From: Podospora anserina
Taxonomy: Eukaryota
Direction: 5' to 3'
Length of the DNA: 64,000 nucleotides
Assembly (NCBI GenBank): GCA_017654855.1
Contig: CM030334.1
Location: 1,612,001-1,676,000 of the forward strand
Each line of letters opens with the position of its first letter. Position 1 is the first letter of the stretch. The position numbers and the translations under genes are program-made. This document shows, in pieces, positions 1 through 13,800 of this stretch. The notes below the pieces were generated by a model, which saw only the letters and a list, made by a program, of their open reading frames with translations, ran no database searches and had not been told where the DNA came from.

Positions 1-1371
1 GAACAGGATAGCACTTATGTTGTTGTTATCTTGATGAACTTGTTCATATACGTTCAACATTTTTCCTGGTGTAAGATAATCTACCTTATGTCTGCTTTCA
101 CAAAATCAGATGTTTTGGTTTATTTTCAGTGTTCACCTTGGAATTCAGAAGCCGATGCTGTGCAACTGCAGCTGAGAAAGAAGCGACAGGTCGATGACAC
201 CTTCCTCATGAACACCAAGGCCCACTCCGGCACTGATGGTCCAGCAGACCGTCCCATGAGTAGGTCGTTCTTTCCCAAGTTCAATCATCGCATGTCTTAG
301 TCGCCTCAACAGATCATGATAAGCATAGCCTGGAAGTCTAATCTGGCGGAATTTCCTGTTTAGATGCCATGAAAATGCGTCCGTCACCTCTCATCCCTTC
401 AATCCGGTCCAGCATCATCTGGTGCTGGATATCGGCATCACAACAGCTACCCAAGTTTTGGTCATCTTGGATGTTGGACTGGCATATCTTACAGTCTTGT
501 GCAAGAGTATATCCATCTCATCTTCTTTCATCTGCCCACCATCCCGTCTTCAAGCCGTTCACCTCGCTTCTTCACCAACCTGAGCTCACTCAGCTGGCCA
601 TCTGAACTTCTGCAAAAACCTTGTGCTAGCCTAGGTAGCTGGTAGCAATTGCAACACATCACATTCCAGGGCTGATCAGATCTGGTGAGATATATCTCCG
701 TCGAACGCGTGGGCACACCTGTGAGCCATTTCGTTTGGCCGGCTAAAGCTAACTCATTTGTAGATATTGGACTCTCCCGTCCTGCTCCCACCACCTTGCA
801 GACGTACGTAACCACCATCTTCGCCGTTCTGGTCAAGACAAGCGACCTGGATGGGCCTGTGCCTGGCTCCCGTGGGCCTGGGTCCAGCAGTTGTTGGGCT
901 TTTTGTCGATCTTGGTGAAGTGCCGTACTCTTCCCCGGTTGCACTGTTGTCCGGCAAGGAACTTTTCCAGTCATCATTGTAACCACGAAGGGGTGGTGGG
1001 CACCGGGACCGAGAAGCCGTGCGGTGACCCGGAGCAAGGCGTTTGCATGTTTTTCTGGTCTGTCTTGTCCTGAGATAAGACACGGGCAGGCCCGCTTTCC
1101 TTCTTATACGAAGGCTGGGCATCTGATGTCTCCCATCGTCGAGCGTTTGCCTGCACGTACCCGTTCGGTTGTGCAACTTTCCGTCGACCGCCTCTTTATT
1201 GCCCGCTGGTGGACACGGGTGGCTGTTGCTATTGCGTTTGGCTGTATCTGGCACCTCAACTCGAGCTGTCATTCTGGAAAACCTCCGACTACTGCTATAG
1301 CCTCCTCGAGATTATTGTTGGCGAAGGCACTGCGGTATACTTGAGCCTCATCTCCCCCTATACTCGCCAAC

Positions 1372-3958
1372 ATGGCGGCCGGTATCACAGAATCATGGCC
1401 GATCAACGAGGTAGGTGCCACGACTCAGATCTTTGCTGGACCTCCAACTTACATGTCAAACAGATCGTTTATACTGCCATCGTGGGCCTGATTATGGTGG
1501 CAGCTTTTCTCGAATGGTTTCTCTGGATCGCTGCCTTCATGTACTGTCTGTGGAAGGTCTTTGTAAAGGCAGAACACTGGACGGTAAGATTCCTGGCTGT
1601 ACTGATTGGCACCGCCTTTCTTCTTCTCAGGTAACACCTCTCCTGTCTTTTCCAGATATGCTTTTGCTGAATGTTCAAAGATTCATCTTCCTCCCCATCA
1701 TGGTGGTCACGCTACCGTTACCAAGCGCGGTTGTTAGAATCTGGCCTACGGCAATGGTCAGCTTTCTCCAATGGTTCGCCTTTTACAGTTTTGCTGGTCT
1801 CTTGACTCTCCCCTGGCTTTTCTGCGTCTACCAGATTGTCACACATCAACTTGGAAGAAAGAAGCGCATTAAACAAGTGCTTGACGAGGTGTCGGCTCCC
1901 AAGGTCGTTATTGTCATGCCTTGCTATAAGGAGGAACCCGACGTCCTCGTCACCGCCGTCAACTCGGTCGTCGACTGCGATTACCCACCGTCCTGCATCC
2001 ACGTCTTCCTGTCCTTTGACGGGGACCAAGAGGACGAGCTATATCTCAACACCATCGAGAAACTCGGGGTGCCCTTGACACTCGAGTCATATCCTAACAG
2101 CATAGATGTCGCGTACAGGGCCGCTCGTATCACAGTATCTCGATTTCCTCATGGTGGAAAGCGCCATTGCCAAAAGATGACCTTCAAGCTCATTGACAAG
2201 GTCTACCACGAGTACCTGAAGAGAAACGACAACCTCTTCATCCTCTTCATCGACTCCGACTGCATATTGGATAGAGTCTGCCTGCAGAACTTTGTCTACG
2301 ATATGGAGCTCAGCCCCGGAAACAGCAGAGACATGTTGGCCATGACGGGTGTCATTACCTCGACTACTCGGAAACACAGCCTCATCACGCTTCTTCAGGA
2401 CATGGAGTACATACACGGCCAGTTGTTTGAGCGTACGGTGGAGTCGGGCTGCGGAGCAGTATCCTGTCTCCCCGGTGCCCTTACCATGTTGCGATTTTCA
2501 GCGTTTCGTCGAATGGCCAAGTACTACTTTGCTGACAAGGCCGAGCAGTGTGAAGACCTGTTTGACTTTGCAAAAAGTCATCTGGGAGAGGACCGATGGC
2601 TGACCCATCTGTTCATGATTGGTGCTAAGAAGCGGTATCAAATTCAGATGTGCACCTCGGCGTTTTGCAAAACGGAAGCTGTCCAGACGATGCGGTCTCT
2701 TATCAAGCAACGGCGTCGATGGTTCCTCGGCTTCATCACCAACGAAGTCTGCATGCTGACGGACTGGAGGCTGTGGAAGAAGTACCCGATCCTTTGCTTG
2801 GTTCGGTTCATGCAGAACACGATACGGACGACGGCTTTGCTTTTCTTCATCATGGTCCTGGCGCTAATGACGACGACCAAGAGAATTAACGACCTTCCTG
2901 TGGGCTTCATTGCCATCTCGCTCGGTCTCAACTGGCTGATGATGGTCTATTTTGGGGCCAAGCTCAGGAGGTTCAAGATCTGGCTTTACCCGCTGATGTT
3001 TGTGTTGAATCCGTTTTTCAACTGGTACTATATGGTTTACGGCATCTTCACCGCTGGTCAGAGGACCTGGGGAGGGCCACGGGCCGACGCTGCGGCAGCC
3101 GACTCGACCACAACAGCTCAGGAGGCGATCGAGCAGGCCGAAAAGGCCGGTGATGATCTAAACATTGTTCCCGAGTCTTTTATTCCGGCGGCACAGGAAA
3201 GGAAGGGTGTTGAAAAGGTGAACGCCAGTGCTATCAAGAGATCCAAGAGCGTTTTACAGCCGCCCAACCAAGTTATTGGCAAATTCGCGGCGCCTGAACG
3301 GACGCCAAGTGGATGGTATCAGCATCCAGATGAGTCCATGGCAAGTGTTGGTGTATTTGCCGGGTCGTCATCTCGCCTCGAACGAAAGGCGGATGTGCCA
3401 GAGCGGGACTCAATCGACAGCTCATCTTCGGCGCACACTGGAAGCTATTCGGTCTATATGCCACGCAGAGTGGAAAGCATCATGGGCGAAGAGGACCGGC
3501 GCAAATATGACCTAGCACATGCCAGCCAGGTCAACCAGTTTGCAAGCGCTTCGAGGATATTTCAGGGTCCACCAACAGGTCAAGTGTACGAGTATCCGGA
3601 ATCCGAACTCCAGAGGGCAGGATTTAGAGACCCCGGGGTACCCAACTCGAACCGGCCCGGGACGCACAGGAGGCTCGGCAGCAACGGCAGCGCAGGCTCC
3701 CAGAGCGTGGGAAGCTCACTCCAAGACCCTCACGGTCCAGAATCATCAGTGGAATCATTCCAGACATCTCGTCAGTCGCCAGTGCCACGGCCAGTCTCAG
3801 CTGCAGGACGATCTGGTAGGACACCGCTTGGTCGAGCTAGCTGGATGCATACATCATCCACAGAACAAGTCGAAACGCAAATCGATGAATCTCAGAGCCG
3901 TCTCGGGGCAACATCACAACCTCGCCAGGGACCACCAAGAGGTGACCACCGCCGATAG
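1372..3958 (+). CDS. Chitin synthase, short division-3 type (class VI/VII, ChsD-like); exons 1372-1410, 1464-1630, 1681-3958
   Basis: GT2 chitin synthase motifs FIDSD, QDMEY, CLPG, LGEDRWL, QRRRW. Introns GTAGGT..CAG (1411-1463) and GTAACA..AAG (1631-1680) join a hydrophobic N-terminus (MAAGITESWPINE-IVYTAIVG...) in frame. Confidence 0.93.
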
Positions 3959-5782
3959 TTGAGGCGGACAGGCGAACTCGGGGACACAGGCTCTGATGCA
4001 GACACGCATCGACTGCTCATACGACCGAAACGGCTGTGTCCAACTTCATCAGGGGGTAGGCATCGAATGGTGGCTATCACGGCGCGAACTGCCATGCCTG
4101 CACGGGCAACAAACGTTTTTCTTCGCAATGGTCAGGGCAGAGACGGAAATGGGCTATAAACAACACTCAGTCTTGATAAAAAGGGGTGATATTACGGAGT
4201 GAGAGAGATGATTTTTTTTGGAACTCTACCGTTAGAGTGATTTTGGAACGTTTTTCATGGGCTGGAATGCACCACGTGTAACCTGTATTGTATCCAAAGA
4301 TAATGTTGTACCTAGTTTTCCTTTGCTTCTTGGCGTTGTTTATATTAAAGATACTGACTCGATTCGGAACAAATGCGAAGCGTGGGAGAGGCGAGACCGC
4401 ATGACACGAATCCACGACGATGGTGTTGCAAAGCCTGAGGTTTACGTGATGGGTTCAACGCCCGTGGGTCTGTGAGGCTGGGCATGACAAACAGTAAGTC
4501 TGACGGCCGGCCCGGCAACCAACCCATCCAGCAATTACATGCGTCTCCCGGGCCGGGTTATTGGGCAGCTAACATAGGACTTTGTGGGATGGCAAGTCCT
4601 TGGTGATGATCAGGAATCTTCTGGATAATTCTCACTTGTGTGTTGGAGATTTATTGGGCAGCTATGGTGACCTAATGTTTAGTGATGGAAAGAGGTTACA
4701 CAAAGTCTTGGGAGTGGGAGACTGAGAGATTGTCAAGCATACTACAACACGGTACATGGTGTATATAGAGAGATCAGTCTTGGCCCATCAAGGTGATGCT
4801 ATTCATAGCGGGGCACTTTTTGACAGAAAAATGCGGAGGAAGAGAGGGATGGAAAGAAAACTTGACCGCCAACCCCGAGCCACGGATGCCCCTCGCCCCC
4901 CGAGCAGCGCGGTTGCCCCGCCCTTGCGAAAATGTCGTTTTTCAGGTCCAGGAGGACACAAGAAAAAAAAGAGATGGTGGGGTGATGGGTGTACGGTACG
5001 GGGTGGAAGGAGTGATAGGGGGGAAAGCAGGGCTTATCGCTAATCGGCAGTGAGAAATCTTATCGCGTTGCCCCTCGTTGCTTGGCAATCAGCATGATGC
5101 AATGGTGAAGCGCTGTCAGAGAAGAAGTTGAGATGGCAAGTGCACTGGGTTGTAGAGTTGACAAGATGAATGGATGACTTTGATGATACCTACTGCCTAG
5201 ACATATCGTTTCCTGCATGATAGACACATGAGAAATGACTTGCAAAAAAAAAAAAAAAAGCATTGTGTGAGCAAGAGTCTTCTTGTTCAGGTTTGCTGAT
5301 GAAGATGCAAAAAGACAAAAAAGGCCAATCGAGAATCTTCTCCTGGCTTCTGGGGGGGGCCTTGGCTACGGCACAGACCCCCTGGGCGCGGGGCTATTCA
5401 AAGAGCAGCGGTGCCCGCCCCTACATGATGGAGGGAAATTGTATAGAGGGGAACTTGCTTGCGTGCCACTGTCGGGCAATCCAAACATCAAAGTCTGCAT
5501 TAAAATCCATTTCCACTGTGGGAAAAACCTCGTTTTTTTACAGAGTCCAGTTTCCCGCCCATCACCACCAACCAAGCCTGCCTTTCTGAGCAGTCCAACG
5601 AAACAACAACCCCACCTTCTTTTTCCCCCCTTCTCACCCACACACAAACCCGCCCCATATCGTCCATTCTCGACTCGACTGGTGAGAACACATCTTCTTC
5701 GAAGCAACTTTTGAGCCATCCCAAAGCTTACCGGTTGCGTCTTGAATCTTTTTGCAGAGCCGAGTCCATACAACTGCCCAAC

Positions 5783-8487
5783 ATGAGTGTCGTCGGTACG
5801 TTATGCGCCCACCACACACCTACCACATGTCTCGAGAGCCTGACTGCTAACATGGCTTGCGTCTGAACAGGTGTCGATTTCGGAACCCTTAACACAGTCG
5901 TCGCTGTTGCGAGAAACCGGGGTGTCGATGTGGTAAGTAGCTTACCCGCCCAACCGCCCTCCTGAAGGGGAGGAGGAAAGCAAAAAGTCGATAAGGCTGA
6001 TTGTGATGGTACACCGAGCGCAGAACTGACAACGACTTTGTCAATGATAGATCACCAACGAGGTCTCTAACCGGGCGACTCCGTAAGTTTTCTCTTCTTA
6101 CCCCTTGAGGTTGCTCTCCGGCTCTAGCCTGCTCTAGGAGCCGTGCAGAATTGGCGCCCAATGTCTAACACTCCTTCCACAGATCGCTTGTTGGCTTTGG
6201 CCCCAAGTCCCGCTATCTCGGTGAGCCCGCGAAGACTCAGGAGATTTCCAACCTCAAGAATACCGTCGGTTCTCTCAAGCGCCTGCTCGGCCGCACGTTA
6301 AACGATCCCGATGTCCAGACCGAGCAGGCTTTCATCTCGGCCCCTCTGGTCGAGATCGACGGCCAGGTCGGCGCCGAGGTGTCGTACCTCGGCGAGAAGA
6401 CCAAGTTCTCTGCCACCCAGCTCACAGCCATGTTCCTCGGCAAGATCAAGCAGACCGCTGCTGCCGAGCTCAAGCTCCCAGTATCCGACCTCGTCCTGAG
6501 CGTTCCCGCCTGGTTCACCGATATCCAGCGCCGCGCCCTTATCGATGCCGCCGAGATTGCCGGTCTCAGACCGCTCCGCCTCATCAACGACACCACCGCC
6601 GCCGCTCTCGGCTACGGTATCACCAAGCTGGATCTCCCCGGCCCTGATGAGAAGCCCCGCCGCGTTGCCTTTGTCGATGTCGGTTACTCCAGCTACACCT
6701 GCTCCATCGTCGAGTTCAAGAAGGGCGAGCTCTCCGTCAAGGGTACCGCTTTCGATCGTCACTTTGGTGGCCGCAACTTTGACAAGGCCATCGTTGACCA
6801 CCTCGCCAAGGAGTTCCACGGCAAGTACAAGATCGACATCAACTCCAACCCCAAGGCCCTCTGCCGCGTCTACGCCGCTGCCGAGAAGCTCAAGAAGGTG
6901 CTCTCTGCCAACCAGCAGGCACCTCTCAACATTGAGTCCCTGATGAACGATGTCGACGTTCGTGCTATGATCACACGTCAGGAGTTCGAGGCTATGGTTG
7001 AGCCCCTTCTCAACAAGGTCCACGTTGTTCTTGAGCAGGCCCTTGCCGACTCCAGGCTCACCAAGGAGGACATCGACATTGTCGAGGTTGTTGGCGGCGG
7101 CAGCCGTGTCCCCTCTATCAAGGAGCGCGTGCAGAACTTCTTCAACAAGAACCTCTCCTTCACCCTGAACCAGGACGAGGCTATCGCCCGCGGTTGCGCT
7201 TTCAGCTGCGCCATTCTCTCCCCCGTCTTCAAGGTCCGCGACTTCGCCGTCCAGGACATCATCAGCTACCCCATCGAGTTCGCTTGGGAGAAGGATGCCG
7301 ACATCCCCGACGAGGACACCAGCTTGACCGTCTTCAACAAGGGCAACGTCCTGCCATCAACCAAGATTCTCACCTTCTACCGCAAGCAGGCTTTCGACCT
7401 CGAGGCCAGATATGCCCAACCAGAGGGTCTCCCCGGAAAGGTCCCTCCTTTCATCGGTCGCTTCTCCGTCAAGGGCGTCAAGGCCACCGGCGGCCCAGAG
7501 GACTTCATGATCTGCAAGCTCAAGGCCCGTGTCAACATTCACGGTGTTCTCAACGTCGAGAGTGGCTACTACGTCGAGGACCAGGAGGTTGAGGAGGAGA
7601 TCAAGGAGGAGAGTGACAAGAAGGAAGGCGATGTGAGTATTCTCCCAACACGTGAAAACAACCCCTTATCGGTGGATTCCACACAGATGAACACCACGGG
7701 TGGAATGGAGGAGGTGCCTGTCAGATCGCCGAAACGTCGCAAGACCGAGGCGCCCGCGACTAGCGAATCCGATCACCACGCTGGAGCTGTTGGGGAGGAA
7801 GATGACGACGAGCAAGAGAGAAATAAACTAACCACCGAATCTTTTACACAAAAGGCCATGGACACAGACGAGAAGCCCAAGACCCGCAAGGTCAAGAAGC
7901 AGGTTCGCAAGGGCGACCTGCCAATTGTCAGCGCCACTCTCTCCCTCGACCAGGGCGCCAAGGCCCAGCTCTTTGAGAAGGAGTCCGCCATGGCTATGGA
8001 GGACAAGCTTGTCGCCGACACCGAGGAGAAGAAGAACGAGCTCGAGACCTACATCTACGACCTCCGTAACAAGCTCGACGACCAGTACTCTGAGTTTGCC
8101 AGCGACGAGGAGAAGGAGAAGATTAAGGCCAAGCTCGAGGCTACTGAGGTATGTTTTGGTCACTTGGTACAGGTGTGATGTGATCTGTCGCTGACGGTCA
8201 ATCTACAGGACTGGCTCTACGACGAGGGTGACGACACCACCAAGGCCGTCTACGTTGCCAAGATTGATGAGATCCGCGCTCTTGCCGGCCCCATCGTCCA
8301 GCGCCACTTCGAGAAGGTCGAGGCCGACAGGCAAGCACTCCAAGCCCGCCTGGATGCCGAGAGGGCGGCGAAGAAGGCCGAGGAGGAGGCCCGCAAGGCT
8401 GCCGAGTCCAAGTCAGACTCCAAGGATGAGGAGATGACGGATGCGGACGCGCCAAAGGCCGAGGTTGAGGAGGCTGGCGATCCTTAG
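5783..8487 (+). CDS. hsp88: Hsp110-family chaperone / nucleotide exchange factor (Hsp88/Sse1); exons 5783-5795, 5871-5932, 6051-6082, 6183-7632, 7855-8148, 8209-8487
   Basis: Spliced N-terminus [42 protein letters not shown]; motifs VGGGSRVP, LNQDEAIARG, KNELETYIY, DWLYDEG; canonical introns; strong codon bias. Confidence 0.96.
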
Positions 8488-10838
8488 GAGGGTAGTAAGG
8501 ACAAGGGTGAGGAGGATTATTGGACAGATGATTCGGAAGAGGAAATGATACCTTGAGCGAAAAAGAGAAGAAGCGGATAGGGGGGAATTAAAAATATCGG
8601 GACATGATTACGGACATGATGAAACCCACTTTTTAGAAGTTTTCTTTTTTTTTTCTTTTTGAGAGAGAGATGGAGAGGAAATTTTATGTTTACCCACCAC
8701 TACCATTACACTTTGCACACACATTCCCGAGCCTAATAGGTTGAATGAGAGGTAGCGGTAATTCTTTTTTTCTTTAGGTATGAGGCTAGAAGGAGGAGGA
8801 GAGCGATGGATGGATTGATGGATGGTGGTCATTTGATAGATTGGGATGGTTTTTTCTTGGGGGGATAGTTTGGAATTTTGGTAGGGGAGGGTGGTATAAC
8901 TTTTTGTAGTGTAGGTAGAGGAAATAAAGAGCGAAGGTGGGGTAGATAGGATGATGTTTTGGTTGGTGATGAGTGTGATGTGATGTGATTCGTGACTCGA
9001 CATGGAATTCGTTCGTCAAGTTGACCACAACAAGGGAAAAGATGCATCAACCTTTTGTTGGAGAGATGGCATTTTGTTTTGTTTTTTTCAAACCTTGATC
9101 GGGAGGCTTGGATAGATAAGAGTTAGGCAGAGAGGGTGATCCTGAGCGGAGATTTCATATTGGGCCTATTTTCTTCTACAGATTTACTGAGACTTTGAAC
9201 CACCTTGGTGAGCGATGTTCTTCTCCATCTCTTCCACCAGGGCATGGGGAGGTTCGTCGTTGAGGGGGTGATGGCTTGTTCGATAAGGGCGTATTTCGCC
9301 TTCGAATTAGCCTTCTTTCTTCCCAACGCTTTGGGCAGAACAATGATGTTTGTAACTAAGTTTCAGACCGACGTGTTGGTGGACAGCCCCTGGTGAGGGA
9401 AGAGATAGGTGTCTTTGTAGTTGTTGGGTAACATTTGCCTATCTAGCTAGGCAAAAGGGCTTAAAGCCAGACCGGGGAGATGGATGAATAGTGGAAATAG
9501 ATGGGAGAAGAAGAAAAAAACATACAACACCGAGGATTCCCCAGTGGTCACCCACCTGAGTACTGATTCGGCCCTTCAGCTATTTGACTCGGGCAGAGCG
9601 GACGGGATGCCGTATTTTTAGCTGGGTATGGTCGTATGTGATTGTAGGAGGGAGAAATGCACATCATAGGTAGTAAAAAAGAATTCTGCTGTACAAACTG
9701 TCGTCTTGTTCCCCCCCTCCCCACATCCACATGTTTTCCCGTCTTGATGAGTTATGCATATGTTTTTTTTTTATCTCAATGAGTTTTATGCTAGGCCGCC
9801 TATCCCAAATTACACCACTATCCCCTCCCCATCCCTTCGCTATTCCCGTTTACTTTGATGAAGAAACTAGAGCGTTGTGTATGATGATGATGTAGGGGGT
9901 ATCAACATAAGAAAACAAAAAAAAAACACAAAAAGCCAACCAGAGTCGAGATAGGTAATGATAAACTTCCTCTAACCACATCACCCACCCATCCATCCCT
10001 TTGAAAGAATAAAAGAAAAAAAAATACATGCCTCATAAGAGATAAATCATCGCACCAAAAGAAGTCTAGCTTGAGCAATACAAACAAACAAGCAAACGCT
10101 ACAAAGATTAAAAAAATAAAGAACAACGATTTCCCTCCCCATTGGTATCTGCCTCTTCTTCTGTCTGGTGTAAAACTCGCGAGGAAAAAAAAAAAGAATC
10201 TATCTAGCCCGCCCACCCCCCATCAATGGCTGATATGCATGATTAAACGCCAAGAAGAAGAAAAATAGAGCAGAGGGGTGAAAATGATAAAAACAATACG
10301 ACCAACAAAAACAATGAATCCGCTTGTAAAACGGAATGTGTGTGCCTCCCACCCCATCAATCAACCCAGCCCCGCCGACCCAATCGCTATGCTTGTTATG
10401 CAGTGTCTTCGTGTGCTGGTGTTGTCGTTGATGCCCAGTCCGCCCCCTTTGGTTTCCCACATCTGCGATGCACCGGAATGAAAAGAGTGAGCAGAGAGGG
10501 TATTGAGAATCACAGCATAACCCCCAAACTCCAAAGCAAAAAAAACCCTGGTTCCCGATTAACCCGCCTTGTACGATGTTGAGGAAAAGCGCAGTGATGA
10601 CAATGCTGACAGCAATCATGATGGATGATATAAATGCCCCCGAAACGTGAGAAAACTGCCGTCCGTGAGCCTTGCGCCTGTGCCATGATGCCATCCATCT
10701 TCATCCAAGTCGTCATGTGCGCCGATGAAGTAAAGGAATGCTGCAAAAACCCGAGAGAAGGAAAAGGGAACGGTGAAAAACCATTGCGCCTGAAAATGCA
10801 AAATCAAGCCATCGCCATCAATCACCCCCAAGTCTCCT

Positions 10839-13800
10839 CTATTTAAAGAGACTTCTCAAATCTTGCAACCTCTGCCTCGCCGCATCACCCTGGCTTCTCA
10901 CGCCCTCGGCCTCAGCACGGTCCATGCTCAAGCTGGCCAGCTGCTTCTTTTTCTCCTGCAGCGCAATCATCTTCTCCTCAAAGCTGCCGCTCATGATATA
11001 GCGCACCGTCCTCACAGGCCTCTTCTGGCCCAGACGATGCACACGGTCGACGGCCTGAGCCTCGGCGGCAGGATTGAACTGAGGCTCCATGACAAAGACA
11101 CTGTTGCCAGCTGTCAGGTTGAGGCCCATACCCCCCGCCATGATGCTGACAAGAATGACTTGTACATTGGGATCATCGCGGAACGCCTCCATGGCTTGGT
11201 TGCGAGCGTTGCGAGTCATCTTTCCGTCAAGACGGGAGTGGGTGATACCGGCGTCGTCGAGAGCGATCTCAATGAGATCAAGATGAGAAGTCCAGCCGGA
11301 GAAGACGACAGACTTGTAAGGTGGCTCGTCCGGATTGGCTTCACTCCGGGCCTTGTTGGCTAGAAGCTCTTCGACCAAAGCCCGAGTCTTTGTGTGAGGC
11401 CCAGTATACCGATCATCAGGAATGATTTTGCCAGCCCGAGTCTTCGTCTGGCGGGTCTCGTGCTCAACATCGGCTTTGCTTCGGCGGAGTTCAACGCAGT
11501 GAGCCTTTTGAGCAAAGGCGCATGTAGGGCAGCCCTGATGCATATCGCCATTGCCGTGCTGGTGCACGAACCTGATGCAGGTTGGGCAGTAGACGTGGAA
11601 GCACTGCGCCATGTAGCCCAAGACGTCGTTGTTCTGATCAAACTCTGGGTCGTCGACCTCGATGGCCCCAAGCTTGTTGTTGCACTTGATGCAGAAATCA
11701 CTGCTGCCCTCCTGCATCAAGTAGTACATCTCATAGGCCTTCTTCTCAGTCAGGGCCGGTTTCCCGTCGTCGTCCTCGCTATCCAAATCGATGGGGGCAT
11801 CTGCCGACAAGCCTTGGATTTCTTGAAAATCATCGTCATTCAGCAGATCCTTGCCATGCGCGCAGATCAAACGAAGTTGAAGAATAGACCGCAGAACGTG
11901 AATCATGGTCTTGCCACCCATAATGCGGGTCTGGCCGGTGCCCTGGCCCGTCAAGACCTGAACACGCTCCTCGGCCATCTTTTTGAACAGGTCATAGACC
12001 TTGCGCTCCTCGGAGGAGAACTCGAGGCGAATAACCTCGTCGGTGCGCTCCGGGAGTTCGATCTTGTCCTTGAGACGGCGGATGGTAATGGTGTCAATCA
12101 AAACCCGAAGTTTGGGCACAATGTCCGGATCAGCAGCCTTGAAGGGAGCAATGATGTACTGGATAAACTTGCTCCTGTCGTCGAAGGGCTTCAGGCGCAA
12201 GAATGCCAAAAGGGAGGCGAGATCTTCGAGCTTGTTTTGAACTGGTGTTCCGGTCACGGCCCAACGGCGGTTAGCCTGTAGTCGGCAGATCGACTTGAAC
12301 GACAGCGTGTTTTGCTCGCGAATTGTATGGGCTTCGTCGAGAACGATGCGGAACCAGGCAATTTCCTCCAAGGGGTAGAGGCCCGGCTTTTTCTTGAGAC
12401 GTGCGTTGAGCTCGCTTGTGACGGATCCGTAAGTTGTGATCACCAGATCGTACCTGGCCAGCTGGGCAGAGTCCTTGATACGGTTGGCGCCGTGATAGAT
12501 GTAGTAGTTCAGCTTTCCAGGTTCGATATGCTGCTTGATCTGCTCCTCCCAGTTGGTGATTGTGCTCAGCGGGCACACCAGCAAAGTGGCCTTCACATTC
12601 CGGCGAATTTGAGACAGGGGCAAAACCTGCGCGCGGGGGGCTTCATGGCTCTTCTGTGGCCTCTGATTCTGGACGACGGGCTGGAGGGGCTCACGTTGTG
12701 ACCAGGCCTGCGCCTCGTCCAGAGTCTTGGCCAAGAGAGACAGAATGCTGAGCGTCTTGCCGAGGCCCATCATATCGGCAAGGATGCCGCCAAGAGTCGA
12801 AGGGGGCGGTTCCATCACCTCCTGGTTGGTGACCACATTGTAGTAGACCGTGGTGCCGAACTGATTTGTCCTGCGCTTCCATGTTGATGTGACAGGAGCC
12901 TTGCTATCAGCGTCTGGCAATTGCTCAGACTCCCGAGAAGACATGAAGAACAGAGCTTGCTTCTGGTGCTTCAGCAGCGGTGTTAAAACAGAGGGAGGAG
13001 GATCCAACTCCGGCAGCTCGTCCGACTTGGGGAGGGAGTCGAAAACACCCAGGACCTCGGACCGAATCTCTTCTACCGACTTGATCATGGGCGGAGCCTG
13101 ATACTGGACGACATTGTTGACGCGGGCAAGGGAAGGCAGCTGCGGCCGGTTCTCCTTGGCCAGAGGGTTGAAGACTTTAACGCCGGACTCGACTCGCGGC
13201 GGACTAAGAAGATTAATGTTCTTCCGCTGCAACAGTTTACCCACTCTATCAGCAAAGGAGCGAAGACCATAAATCATCAACTCAAGCTTGAATTGGGTGG
13301 ACACCTGCTGCCCAACCTCTTCGCCGGGATTCTTGCGTCGGACGGGGATTCTGCAGTCAGTGCGTGTCCCAAAGGTTCCAGCCATGTCCATGAGAGGAGC
13401 AAGAACGCTGGCCGTCTTGGGATCAACCAAGCCAATGCAGCGCTTTTGCCAATCATGGGCATAAATCTTGGTGGTTGGATCGCCCGGGGTTCTCTTGAGC
13501 AGAATCTTGACTTGAGGCCAAAAAGCAGGACCGCCCATAGAGATCATGTTAGGCTTCGGGGCTGGGATCATGTGGCCTTTGATGAAGGCGCCCTCAACCA
13601 TTCCAAAACAGACCTCCTCCTGTTGGGGACTGCGGGGAATGATTTCGACGTCGGTGTCATCGGTCAAGTCAATTGTAGCGCCGGGGACCGGGGCCACAGA
13701 TGACTGTGAGGGTCCATCGGATCGGTCTTTGATGTGCTGAGCCAGGATGCCGCTGCTGGGTGAGAAGAAAATACTATTTGCAGGCAGCGAAGGATCATTC

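Noticed and set aside
1-1371. Overlapping short ORFs upstream of the chitin synthase
   Set aside because: No codon bias or domains; treated as promoter and 5' UTR.
6298-7023. Antisense ORF over hsp88 (similar ones at 11394-12281 and 62984-64000)
   Set aside because: Typical mirror ORFs of codon-biased genes.
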